From Okamejei kenojei (lineage: Eukaryota): a stretch of 64,000 nucleotides of DNA. The stretch is taken from the NCBI GenBank assembly GCA_035221665.1, contig CM069135.1, forward strand, positions 33,604,001 through 33,668,000, given 5' to 3'. Position 1 is the first letter of the stretch; every line of letters begins with the position of its first letter. Positions 1-11,709 of this stretch are shown piece after piece. The notes under the pieces were generated by a model, which was not told the origin of the DNA, made no database searches, and worked only from the letters and a program-made list of their open reading frames with translations. The position numbers were made by a program, and so were the translations under genes.

Positions 1-239
1 CCTCCAGCACTTCGTTTTTGCTCAAGATTCCACTTTTTTCATTCTTGTTGTGTCTGCAGTGTAATAAAATGTATTTAGATCCCTATGTGATTTGATTACG
101 TCTCTGTTGTGTCATTCAGAAATGGTTATAGTTTTGACAGATGATTTAACCATATAGAGGAAAGGCATGGAGACTCAAGCGACTGCAAATATTGGAATCT
201 GGAGCATAAAAACAAACTGTTGAATGAACACGGATGCTA

Positions 240-990
240 ATCAAAGTATCAAAGTATCCTTTATTGTCATTCAGACCTTTCGGTCTGAATGAAATTTCGT
301 TGCCTTGCAGTCATACATATAATAAAAAACAAAACACACAATAAACACATATTTAACATCCACCACAGTGAGTTCACCAGGCACCCCCTCACTGTGATGG
401 AAGGCAAAAGTCTTAAAGACTTTGTCTTCTTCCCTCCTTGTTCTCCCTCTGCGCTGAGGCGATCCAGGCCTCCAATGTTGTCGTCCACTAGACCCGCTGG
501 AACGCCGCCACAGCTCTGAAGCCGGGTCCGCCACTGGAACACCACAGCTCTGAAGCCGGGTCCGCCGCTGGAACGCCACCACAGCTCTGAATCCGGGTAC
601 GCTGCCGGAACGCTGGAACACCACAGCTCTGAAGCCGGGTCTGCTGCTGGAACGCTGGAACGCCACCACAGCTCTGAAGTCGGGTCTGCCGCCGGAACAC
701 TGGAATGCTGGAACGCTGCCACAGCTCCGCCATTAGGGCCTCAGCACAGACGGAGACGGTGACGGGGACACGACGAGAAAAAGTCGCATCCCCCCGAAGG
801 GAGAGACTAAAACCTTGTTTCTCACACCCTCCCACCCCCCGCCGCCCCCCCCCCCCCCCCCCCCAACACACATACACAGCCTAATAAACTAAATTTAACT
901 AAAGCAGACTCAAGAACACAAAAAAAAACAAAATAAAAAGACGGATTGCAGGCGAGCCGCAGCTGCCAGGCAACGCCGCCACTTCCGGAT
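240..990 (-). mobile_element. Non-autonomous GC-rich retroposon with Rex1/Babar-type 3' tail
   Basis: Minus strand begins ccggaagtggcggcg and passes through a T-rich tract, a G run and a VNTR. It ends aatttca-hairpin-tgacaataaa-(gatacttt)2. Collinear with 45780-46640. Confidence 0.65.
492..730. repeat. GC-rich minisatellite inside the retroposon
   Basis: About 5-6 imperfect units of ctggaac(gcc)accacagctctgaagccgggtccgcc. Confidence 0.85.
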
Positions 991-1339
991 GTGCAGCATC
1001 CGTGGGGGCAAATTAATTTTCAACATTCCAGGTCAAGACCTTGCATCACGATCTGGGAAAGGAAAGACTTCTGTGGGTGGACGTTGTTCCAAGCCCTACT
1101 ATAGGAGCTGATGTTCACTTTGATGAAATGCCAGTATATCTTTGAATGCAGCCAACCTGAACCATCTCATGTTAACAAATGAGATTGCCATTGATCCTGA
1201 CAATGCGTCGGGAAGTTCAAGACTCCCACATGAGTTATTGACTTTACCGAGAGATGTTCACTTGTTTGCTTTCCGCACACTGGCACAGAATTCCTTCTCG
1301 TTCCTACTATAGGATGAGATTTGTATATACAGGGCCCTA

Positions 1340-1660
1340 TCTTGTGCTTTCTCCACAGCATGCACCATGGCACCTGCTTCAGCTTCACACTTCCTCATTT
1401 TTCAAAAGGTCTCCGATTTACATTATCCCTCAACTGATGGCTGTGCCTTCATCTGTCTCAGACTTAATCTCTGAAATTACTTCCCTCAACATATATCTTC
1501 TTGACCTGCTCCATCACGAGGCTCTTTAAAAACATATTTTTTGACCAGCAACCTAATATTTCTTCCATGGTTCAGTATCAAATCATGTCTGAAAGAGACC
1601 CATAAAATACCTTGATATATTTTGCAAGATTAAAATCTCTGTACATCTACAAGCTAAGAT
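1340..1660 (+). mobile_element. Old LINE (L2-like) 3' fragment
   Basis: Degenerate ctctttaaaaacatattttttgaccagc...gtatcaaat segment. Related reverse-strand copies near 3120-3270 and 28200-28480. Confidence 0.35.
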
Positions 1661-2392
1661 TCTTATTGCTTCTAGCCCTAATCTCAAAAGTCTCCTCATG
1701 CTGATGTAGCAATAATGATTGCAGTAGAAATCCAATCACATTGCAAACAAACACCAAAACATTGTAGGTCACATAGTGAACTTTCTTTAAACTGGTTCTA
1801 AGCCAATGGTGTAATATAGTCTACAGAACACTAGGTAACCTGAACCATTCCTCCTTCCACATATGCTATCTGAGTTGCTGAGTGAACGTCCACATTTTCT
1901 ATTTTGATATCAGTACCACAGGGGCTCCTGGGGTTACCGAAGGCCTGACTTACAGAAATCTGACCATGCAAATTTCCCCCTAAATTTTTATCGATTTAAA
2001 AAACAATAGTAATAGTAATAAAATGGTTTGTGGTATTCACGAATAACTGAATACAGTAAATATTTCTGAAGAAGCGTCCTGACCCAAAATATAACTGTCC
2101 AGTCCCTAAACAGATGCTGCCATACCAGTTGAGTTCCTCGTCTATACAGTAAATATTTCATTAGTTTAATTATTAATGAATATTTAATGAAATGGAAAAA
2201 AATGGCAAGTGTATGATGAGCAATATCAAATATTAGGTATGTCTCCCTCTTGTTTCTGACTTGGGAGGAATCAGCTGTTGACAATTTTAAGGAATTAAAT
2301 CCTTATATAATCGGGAGTCTTCATGGATAGTTTGTACATTGTGTATTCTTTCACAGGGGTGAGATATTAGACCTGACATCAGTCTCATTTAA

Positions 2393-2880
2393 GGTAGATA
2401 CAAAATGCTGGAGTAACTCAGCAGGACAGGTAGGCTCTCTGGAGAGAAGGAATGGGTGACGTTCGGGTCAGGAATGGGCTGGACAGAGATAGAATGTAGT
2501 CGGAGACAGTAAGACTGGTGGGAGAACTGGGAAGGGGGAGGGGACGGAGAAAGAGGGAAAGCACGGGCTATTTGAAGTTAGGGAAGTCAATGTTCATACC
2601 GCTGGGGTGTAAGCTACCCAAGTGAAATATGAGGTGCTGTTCCTCCAATTTGCACTGGGCCTCACTCTAAAAGTGGAGGAGGCCCAGGACAGAAAGGTCA
2701 GATTGGGAATGGGAGAGGGAATTAAAATGCTGAGCAACCGGGAGATCAGTTACGTTGAGGCAGACTGAGTAGAGGTGTTCAGCAAAACAATCGATGAGCC
2801 AAATGTGCAGCAGTTGACACCTGGAACAGCGGATACAGTAGATGAGGTCAGAGAAGGTGCAAAGGTGAACCTCTGGATGT
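2393..2880 (-). mobile_element. Penelope-like element 3' fragment (GIY-YIG end plus terminal repeat)
   Basis: Minus ORF contains CTFSDLIYCIRCSRCQLLHI...VAQHFNSLSHS, homologous to 24105-25143 and 60450-61210. Confidence 0.85.
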
Positions 2881-4027
2881 CGCCTTAACCTGATCTCCCG
2901 GTTGCCTGTGAAGCTGCCAAGGCTTGCAGAAGGTTCATCCTTGAAGGGAATTTTCTGTAAAATTAAAACAAGCAATCTTTCCATTGTCTCGCTCTCTCTG
3001 TTGCACCGTATTGTATTTATGGTGAATAGTGAAGCAACTATGAGCATCAAATAGCCCACAGTATTTTATAGCTCTGTAAGCAGCAACATATAGTAAACTA
3101 CTTGCAGGAAAACAGCAAATATATCCAAGGTGCTTCATAAGAGCAAAAAAAATCAGACACAAACTGAGACTCAGCCATACATCAAGGTGACAAAAGCTTA
3201 GTCAAAGAGACAGGTTTGGATCTTTAAGAAGTAGAAAGGTTGGGAGGAAGATTAGACTAAAGGATTAGGTGGCAGAGGTTTTTGCTTATTTGCTTGTGCT
3301 AAACATGTTGCTGACAGTGTGCTTTACTCTCCCTCAGAAATATAATTTAACCGAAGTCAAAAAATAAAGGTCACTTTTTACATGAATAGATTTTGACAGA
3401 CACTGCAAAGCATGAACTGTTACCTGTATTATCCCCCAAACTGCCCTTCCTTCCATCCCATTATCATGTACGTTTTCCTGTAATTAATTCAAAGTGCAAT
3501 AAATGCTAATGTCAGAGAATATTAATACAGATTGTTCATGCTAACAGCTCCTTGTTGGGGAGATGTTGCGAGTTAATGAAGAACAACAAAGCAGTTAATG
3601 ATGTGTAACTGGAGGATGCTGATATTTCATTTAATAAAAGCAATAGGTAAGATCCCAACGGCTTATTCAGTTTTCTAAAATTCAAACATTTACAAAAATA
3701 CCATTAAATACAATGTAAAACCAAAAGACTCGTAACATTTGGGCTGCCTTTCTCCTGACTGGTCGTGATTTATTTTCATGCACGATGCATGGTAGAGCTC
3801 TGGAGTGTGTTGCAGAATACTGGGGGAACGAAGTAAGGTGCATGGCTCCCTAAATATGCCGACACCGATGGAACTAGTCCAGTATGCCATCTTGGTCGGC
3901 ACAGACAATGTGGCCCAAAGGGCCTGTTTCCGTGCAGTATAGCTTTCTGATTGTTTAACTCCTTACTCACACAAACCTCCTTATTCTCAACAATGTAACC
4001 TTCTAACGCAACGATCAAAATGCCTCA

Positions 4028-4482
4028 TGCTCCTGTCCCACTTAGGAAACCTGAACGGAAACCTCTGGAGACTTTGCGCCCCACCCACAGTTTCCGTGCG
4101 GTTCCCGGAGGTTTTTGTCAGTCTCCCTAATGGTCGAAAGTGGTTTCCGCTTCTTCTATGTTCCGGTGATTATTTAAAAAAATTCAAAACCGGCCGCGAC
4201 TAAAAATAGGCTGGCATTTTAAAAGTCGGTCATTTTTTAGTTGAAGCCAGTTGCGATGCTAGTTGAAGGTGGTTGCTAGAGGTTGCAGGTAGTGGAAGGT
4301 AAGACCTTTTTTTCACCCAGTTTTATTCAACCAGAAATAATCGCCAGAACATAGAAGAAGCGGAAACCACTTTCGACCATTAGGGAGACTGACAAAAACC
4401 TCCTGGAACCGCACGGAAACCTTGGGTGGGGCGCAAAGTCTCCACAGGTTTCCGTTCAGGTTTCCTAAGTGGAACGGGGGCA
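4028..4482. mobile_element. MITE with about 125-bp TIRs, PIF/Harbinger-like
   Basis: Left tgctcctgtcccacttaggaaacctgaacggaaacc...taatggtcgaaagtggtttccgcttcttctatgttc is mirrored at 4345-4482. Flanks tca/tta. Shares the TGTCCCACTTAGG terminus with 22209, 24072 and 59097. Confidence 0.8.
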
Positions 4483-4984
4483 TTACTCTTCTTAAGTATC
4501 GTACTATTAAACTGGTGGAACTTGCATCTTTCTTCCCCATTTTCACATTTCCCCTCTTTCTAAATTAGAATGCCTTATATTGGAATATGTTTTCACAAGT
4601 CCCATATGTGGTTGGATGGTGAATATTGACACACTCTTGAACTTTGCAGCACCATTGCACGGCTGATCAAATCTCCATCCAGCAAATTATTTCCAGCTGC
4701 AGCCTCCAGATAGCGTTCAGGTACTTGGAAGAGGGACTAGTGAGTTTAATGATGGTTCTCTTATCCCTGGCAAGTAGCACAATTTCTACTTCTGTAGAGT
4801 TAACATTGGTTAAAATCAGTGTAGGGAGGAACTGCAGATGCTGGATGTTAAAATCAAGATTCAATTGTCAATATTTTACTGTAAATAGAGCAGACCATCA
4901 CACAATTTTAAATACATACTTATGATTTTTAAATCTGAAGCATATTAAATGTATTTTGTGCTAAACGTTGGCATCAGTTATATA

Positions 4985-5130
4985 GTCATAGACAAGCATA
5001 CCATATGATAACAGGCCTTTCAGCCAAACTTGCCCATGCCAACCAAGATGCCCCATCTACGCTCGTCCCACCTGCCTGCGTTTAGCCCATATCCCTCTAT
5101 ACCTTTCCTATCCATGTACATGTTCAAGTT
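4985..5130 (-). mobile_element. CR1 3' end fragment (older subfamily)
   Basis: Reverse complement of the CR1 3' UTR seen at 16440-16620. Confidence 0.7.
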
Positions 5131-5844
5131 ACAGAGATAATATGGATCTGCCCATTGCAGCTTATAGTTTTATCTAACAACATGTGATATTTGTATATCA
5201 ACAATTTATTAACTAATTCTGTAGAATTATCCGCAACATAATTTCTGATAATTAGGTCTGGAAGTTGAATTACTTGGCACCCATCTTATTGCTTTAAAAG
5301 GATTTACCACTGTATGCAGAGTGATCACATTCAATTTGATCTATTCAAAAGGAGGATCTAGCATATATGTTTCATATTGGGTTTTTTCATTATGACTGGT
5401 CACAAGATGCTCCGTGCACGTCTGAAGTAACCTCATGGTTGTTTTAGAGAGGACTAATCAGGCTTGCAGAGGAAAGTTGGAAGGTGCTATGAAAAAATTA
5501 ATATCCAATGTTTCTCTCCTAAACGTGAAGCCAAGAGGTACAGAAGGGCAGGCAAATGCTAGGCATTGCTCAATCCACTCTTCCTCCGAACCGAATAGTC
5601 TAGTGCTAACTTCTGTGCCAAATGCCCTTCTTCCCCTTTGTCTCCAATGTTCCGTCTCCTGACACATAACAACCGCAATCACATCTTTACCAAATGGACT
5701 AATTTCACATGAGGCCAGTTGTGTAGAACAAAGCAGCACAAGGACAACCTCTTCAGTCTCAGGTGTCTGTACCAACCATGATAGCAACTAACCTGCAAGT
5801 GATCAACATCCCACATTTCCTACTTATTCATATTTAAACTCTGC

Positions 5845-6220
5845 AATCATATCTGCTTGTATCACCACCCCTGGCAACGTGTTCCAGGCACCTGCTATTT
5901 GCATATAAAACTTGCCTCATAAATCTTCTTTAAACTTTCCTCCTCTTAAGTTGAACGTCTGCCTTCTAGAATTTGATCTTGCCAACCAAGAAAAAAACAT
6001 TGTCTGCTCTATTTATATCCCTCATCATTTTATATACATTTGTCGGGTCGCCCCCTCAGCCTCCAACACTATAGAGAAAACAATCAAAGTATGTCCAACC
6101 TCCCCTCATTGCTAATACCCTCTAACACATGCGATATCCTGGTTAACCTCTTTTTCGCCTCTCCAAAGCCTTCACATCCTTCCTGTGATGCAGCGACCTG
6201 AACTGCACACGATATCCCAA
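5845..6220 (-). mobile_element. Old CR1 fragment
   Basis: Degenerate C-terminal ORF2 region: ttcctgtgatgcagcgacctgaactgcacac and accacccctggcaacgtgttccaggc. Confidence 0.65.
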
Positions 6221-6282
6221 TCGGAAATGTCCAGAATTGCCCGAGGACATTTTCCAATAGCAAACATGCTGTAAAATACGAA

Positions 6283-6462
6283 GACAGACAAAAAAAAAGT
6301 GCAGGAGTAACTCAGCGGGTCAGGCAGCAGAAAAAGGATAGGTGATGTTTAGGAAATGTCCCCTATCCTTTTCTCCAGAGATGTTGCCTGACCCGCTGAG
6401 TTACTCCAGCCCTTTGGGTCTATCTTTGGTGTAAACCAGCATCTGCAGTTCGTTTGTTTCTA
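6283..6462. repeat. Fold-back (inverted pair) of Penelope terminal repeat
   Basis: Perfect 23-bp IR: GGAGTAACTCAGCGGGTCAGGCA at 6304-6326 and its reverse complement at 6385-6407. Inner aaaaggatagg/cctatcctttt also pairs. Confidence 0.8.
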
Positions 6463-7604
6463 AAGAAATGGGAAGTCTGGCGACTGAAAGACATGTTAAA
6501 TTCTCCAGCTATTTTGTAATGATCACAATATTTAGAAATGATATGGAGGAAAGCGAAACAATAATTACTGTTGCATAATTATGGCAGGTGATCATCCACT
6601 CAAATCCAGGCACCATGTAAAAAGAACCTAAAAAAACAAGCTATTCAGATGCCTTTCTGTCAAAATGTACAGATTCTGGGTTGACAAATGGATGTTTTGA
6701 GTTAGTCAAGTCAAAAGAGTTTATTGTCTCTAAAAGAGTTATGATTCTAAGCGGAAATATCAAAATAGCATCTATGCAAACCCTACTGGAGTATTATCAT
6801 GAAGAGGCAGAGCTAAAGGTAGAAGCTTCCCTGCAGCAGCTGTCCACGTATGCCAGTGCTCACAGGGTCCCAACGCAATATTTTAACAAAGTGCAGTTTC
6901 AAATCTGGTGTACGTTTGTGAGTAAGAACACATCGTACTTTTACTCTGCACTTAAATATACTGAAGGCGAGAGGGGTTTGGGGACGGTCTGTACATTACA
7001 GAAACATACCTAGAAATTTATTCCCAGTTAGTAATATTAAACATACCATCTAGTACAGCTGCAATTGATGGAACTAAATCTCAAAAGCGGAAATAGTCAT
7101 CATTATATGGCATCAATAGCACTACTACTGGGGGATGAATTACTCGTTAAAAACATTTATTACTTTGCCTAAAAGCTATTCATCCTTAATTACACGTTTG
7201 AATTTCCTGGCAATATATATTAAACCTGTGTGGCAAAAATATTACTTATCACCCACAGGACTGAATTTTGTCCAGAACCTGATCACGTGGATATGGACTG
7301 CTTCTATTCCTCAGCTATGTTAATGGTGATCCAGGCTCTTTGATGAAGCAAACAGTGAGAGAGAGCCTTCCAGCATTGGCATCAGTTTCAATCCTCCTTT
7401 TCTGCGCTTTTCAACTGCAGAGAAGGATTGTGTCCACACAAAGGCTAGGTTATCCTGCATACGGCTGGCAATAAGTAGCACCACAATTCTGATCTATACT
7501 GGTCTCTACTTTAACAATCCATTCTACAGTGGCTGTTAAGGTATCTCTTGCTTGTATCAGGAGCTGAGATGCAGGGACCTGTTTCTTCCTCAGAAGCCAT
7601 TGAT

Positions 7605-7744
7605 GGGGTGGATGATTGCAACCGTCACCTGGTCCGCCCTGTTTCGACTAATGCAATCAACTCAACGTGCACAAAAACGGAAGATCAAATAAAACAAGTT
7701 GTCCAACAACTTTAGGCTGTGCACGCCACACAAAAGAAGAAGAG
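7605..7744 (+). mobile_element. 5'-truncated non-LTR retroelement 3' end with (AAG)n tail
   Basis: 12-bp direct repeat GAAGCCATTGAT at 7593-7604 and 7745-7756. The insert ends caaaagaagaagag. Confidence 0.7.
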
Positions 7745-8149
7745 GAAGCCATTGATCTGGTGACTGGAATATATCTGGCATGGATAAGTCTCTCAGAATG
7801 AAGGAATTATGCAAGATCCCCAGGTGCAGAGCATTGACTATCATAGTTCACAACCATGGTCTATTAAATATTTAAACACGAAGGAGGCAAAATCCTTTGC
7901 AATTCCAGTCTAGGTCAGGAATGTGGCATTAAAATGTTCAAGGTACATCTGTGCAGCCTGTTAATTACCTGCTGAATCATGGGAAAGTCCAAAGAGGTTG
8001 CAAAGTAGGGTGCCTGAACTGCCTGACACTCTCTTCCCAAGCTGGAGGTGAATTCCCCACTTCCTGAATCAAGTGTCCCTGTGACTAAGTTTCCATATAC
8101 AATAGTACAGTGCAATTTGGGAGATGGTTACGTCTACTGTCAAAATCAA

Positions 8150-8765
8150 ACACATGAGTACAATATGTTGGTGAAGCTGCATTTGGAGTATTGGGTTCAG
8201 TTTTGGTCATCCTGCTATAGGAAGGATGTCATTAATCTGGGAAGAAAGCAGAGAAGATTTATGAGGATGTTGCCAAGACTCGAGGGCCTGAGTTATGTGG
8301 AGAGGTTGAGCAGGCTAGGATATAACCATATAACAATTACAGCACGGAAACAGGCCCTCTCGGCCCTTCCAGTCCGTGCCGACCATTTGTTTTCCCCTCC
8401 AAGGATGTTATTCCTTGGAGCGCAGGAGGTTGACCTTACAGATGTGTACAAAATCATGAGGGGGATTGGGTGAATGCAGTCTTTTACCAAGAGTAGGGGA
8501 ATCACAAACAGAGAAGACATAGGTTTCATGCGAAAGAAGAAAGATTTAATAGGAACTCATGGGGAAACTTTTTCCACGGAGGCAGATGGTCAAGTAGAAC
8601 GAGCTGCCAGAGGAGGTAGTTGACGCAGGTACTGTAACAACATTCAAAATACAGGAAAAGTTGAGGGATACGGGTCAAACGCGAGCAGGTTGGACTAGTG
8701 CAGATGGGGCATCTTGGCAAGTTGGACCAAAGGCCTATTTCTCCGCTGTATGTCTCTATAAGTAT
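8150..8765 (+). mobile_element. CR1 3' fragment with nested inverted CR1 tail at about 8320-8400
   Basis: LVKLHLEYWVQFWSSCYRKD...RRFMRMLPRLEGLSYVERL is the CR1 ORF2 C-terminus. It is interrupted by tataaccatataacaattacagcacgg (subfamily B tail, minus strand). Confidence 0.85.
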
Positions 8766-10129
8766 TAACTACGATAAAACTTTCAGCAATTCTCTTATCT
8801 CATAATCATCCCATCTACCAAGCCCTTCATCAACCCAAGAATCCGGCAAGTCACTGAACGTCCTCTAAGTTACCTGCTGCAAATGTAGATTCTCTATGCA
8901 TGGTTTGCACATTGCGCTATTTGAATCAATAAGACGTAATTTAGTGTGCAAAGCATCAAATCAGCATTGAATGAAGATTGATGTCACCAATAACTGCTGT
9001 GCCAACTCCTGCCATGCACACAAAAGGAATTACTGTTTAAGTTGCCAGTGTAAATCCCACTAAAAGTACGAGATCACAATTTATGAATGAAAATTTGAGT
9101 CAATCAGCTACACAAGGAAAGCAGCACTGTGCTGTCCATTCTGTATGGAACAAAGCATAAACCCACAGCTTTATTATGTTCAACAGCTTTCATTGGAATG
9201 GATCTATAACCCAATGTCATGACTACCTCAGAAGTGGTTCCCATTCAATTCAGAAGCTACACACTTAATTCGGAAAGATATTGCAGTGCCGAGCAGTCAA
9301 AAACTGCAAGATGACCAATCACTGAAGTGAGGAGGACACATAAATGTGTTCTATAAATGATTACGTCTATGTCACAAGCAACAAGATTGTCCTAACATCA
9401 GCTGCACCAAATGTTCTACTGTTTATAATCATACTTGTACAGAAAATACTCACACTGAACCTGCACTAATCACAGTGTGCAGACAGATCACTGACATTGA
9501 AGAGCAAAAAATGAAATACATCTCAGGGTATCCAAAGTGCTTTTACAATTAAATACACTATTTGTTAGAGGATGGGGTGAAGAAAACTGCAAACAAGATA
9601 GAAATTAGACAGAATAAAGTCATAATTAATGTATTACACAGCATTTTAATTAGGTAATACATTTTGGCTATCTATTGATAAATGGTCACTAGATTTCACG
9701 CTACTATGAATGAAAATGCTTGTGTAGGAGTGTATAATTGATCATGCCATATGCAACAATCAGATCTCAGAACCTTTTAACCTGGGATTAAGCACATTGC
9801 AAAACCATTTTTTTTTAAAGTCATTTCTGATAAATATTGCTGTGACATTCATAGGAGATCCCTATGTCCCAACCACAATTACATCATTATTTAATTACTA
9901 TGTTTCATTTAACTAGTCCATTAGCGATTCATGATATTTATTCTTCTTCAACCATTACCAAACCCCCATTTGCCCCATAACTCCAAATGTGATCTGTTTT
10001 ATTATATTTTTTTATTCAGGCAATTCTGACTTCTAGAAATGCAGAAATGCTGTGTTACCATATCACAACATGTCACTTTGAAATTATGGCTCTCATCACT
10101 CTTTAAAATTGGTTTAATTCTTACTGAAA

Positions 10130-10880
10130 ACACCTGTTTTTTGGCCAGTTATCAGAATCCAGAAATTGGAGGTGTAAAGGGACTTGGGAGTGCTGGTGCA
10201 GGATTCCCAAAATGTTAATTTGCAGGTTGAATCGGCAGTAAGGAAGGCAAACGCAATGCCAGCATTTATATCAAGAGGACAAGAATACAAAAACAGGGAA
10301 GTAATACTGAGTCGCTGAGCTAAGGTGCCACAATTGGAATATTATGAGCAATTTTTGCACCAAATCTGAGTAAGAATGTGCTGACTCTGGAGAGAGTCCA
10401 GAGGAGGTTTACAAGAATGATCCTAGAAATGAGTGGGTTAACATATGATAAGTATTAGAAGCACTGGACCTATACTTGCTGATGAGGGGGGACCTCATTG
10501 ACAGTTACCAAATAGTGAAAGGCTTGGTTAGAGTGGATGTGGAGAGGATGTTTCCACTAGTGGGAGAGTGTAGGACTAGAGGCAGTAGCCTCAGAATTAA
10601 AAGATGTTCCTTTAGGAAGGAGATGAGGAGGAATTTCTTTAGTCAGAGGGTGGTGAATCTGTAGAATTACTTTTCCATGAAAGGCTGTGGATGCCAAGTC
10701 AAAGGATATTTTTTAAGGCAGATAGAGAGATTCTTGATTAGCATGGGTGTCAATGGATATGGGGAGTTGGCAGAACAATGGGGTTAGAAGGGGGAGATAG
10801 ATCAGCCATGATTGAATGGCAGAGTTGACTAGATGGGCCAAAAGGCCTAATTCTGCTCCTATCACTTAAGACCTTATGAT
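10130..10880 (+). mobile_element. CR1 LINE 3' fragment (subfamily C)
   Basis: MRGDLIDSYQIVKGL...MFPLVGECRTRG...RNFFSQRVVNL plus 3' UTR. Homologous to 46760-47240 and 62190-62680. Confidence 0.9.
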
Positions 10881-11709
10881 GTCTAGATGTGGGAAGAATG
10901 AAAGTCAAATTTCAAAATGGCTCAGCAAACTTGACCTATCTTGTAACCAGGCTTAGTATGTGTATGTGTTAAGATCAGTTTGCAGGAATTGAAGTTTCAA
11001 AAACCAGCCACATTTCTTAAATTAAAACTGTGCGATCTGAAGAACCAGGAAAGGAAAGAGAACAGGCTAGGATGTTGTAAAGTGTAGGTAATAACTCTTG
11101 CCCAAGTGTTTTTTTAAGCTTCTCTAATCATAAGAGAAATCAGAAAATCTTGTATGACAGCTGCATGTTGAAAGGTAAAGTAAATGGGCCAATTCTTCAA
11201 CGGTCCTGCAGGATTATCCCAGTCACCAGCTATCCCATGCCTTGATATGATTTTCGTAACTAAAACTAGGCAAGGGTTAGGTGGCCATTGACCTATTTTC
11301 CAAGCAGCATCCTGTAACTTCTCTCTGTTGACCTCAAGGTCCCAATGAATCGCCCAGCCCTTGCATCAGCAGGTAGAGCCAACCTGACTCAAATGACCAG
11401 GATTATTGGAGCCGTATTGGTGTCGTCAAGCCAGGAGCAGAAGCAAGTCAATGACGAAATCTAGAATCCACAGTGGAATGAATTAAAAGGCATGATGGAG
11501 ATTTCCAATAAGCAGGAGGAGGGGAAAAAAATGATCAGGGAGCAGCAGCTCAAGTTTGGAGCAGAGTAACTGCTGAGAGGAACTGGCTATGGAGAGGGGG
11601 CTTCGGATTAATCCAAATGTGTTGGAGCCTCTGCTTGCAGCCACATCTGCGCCAGGGAGGCGGAGAGGATGACCAAATAGGGGCAGAAGAGAGAGCAAAG
11701 GCTTCTGCT

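Noticed and set aside
267-877. Repetitive ORFs (151, 132 and 129 aa) and CRISPR-like periodicity
   Set aside because: These are translations of a GC-rich minisatellite. Units are adjacent with no unique spacers, there are no cas genes, and the context is eukaryotic.
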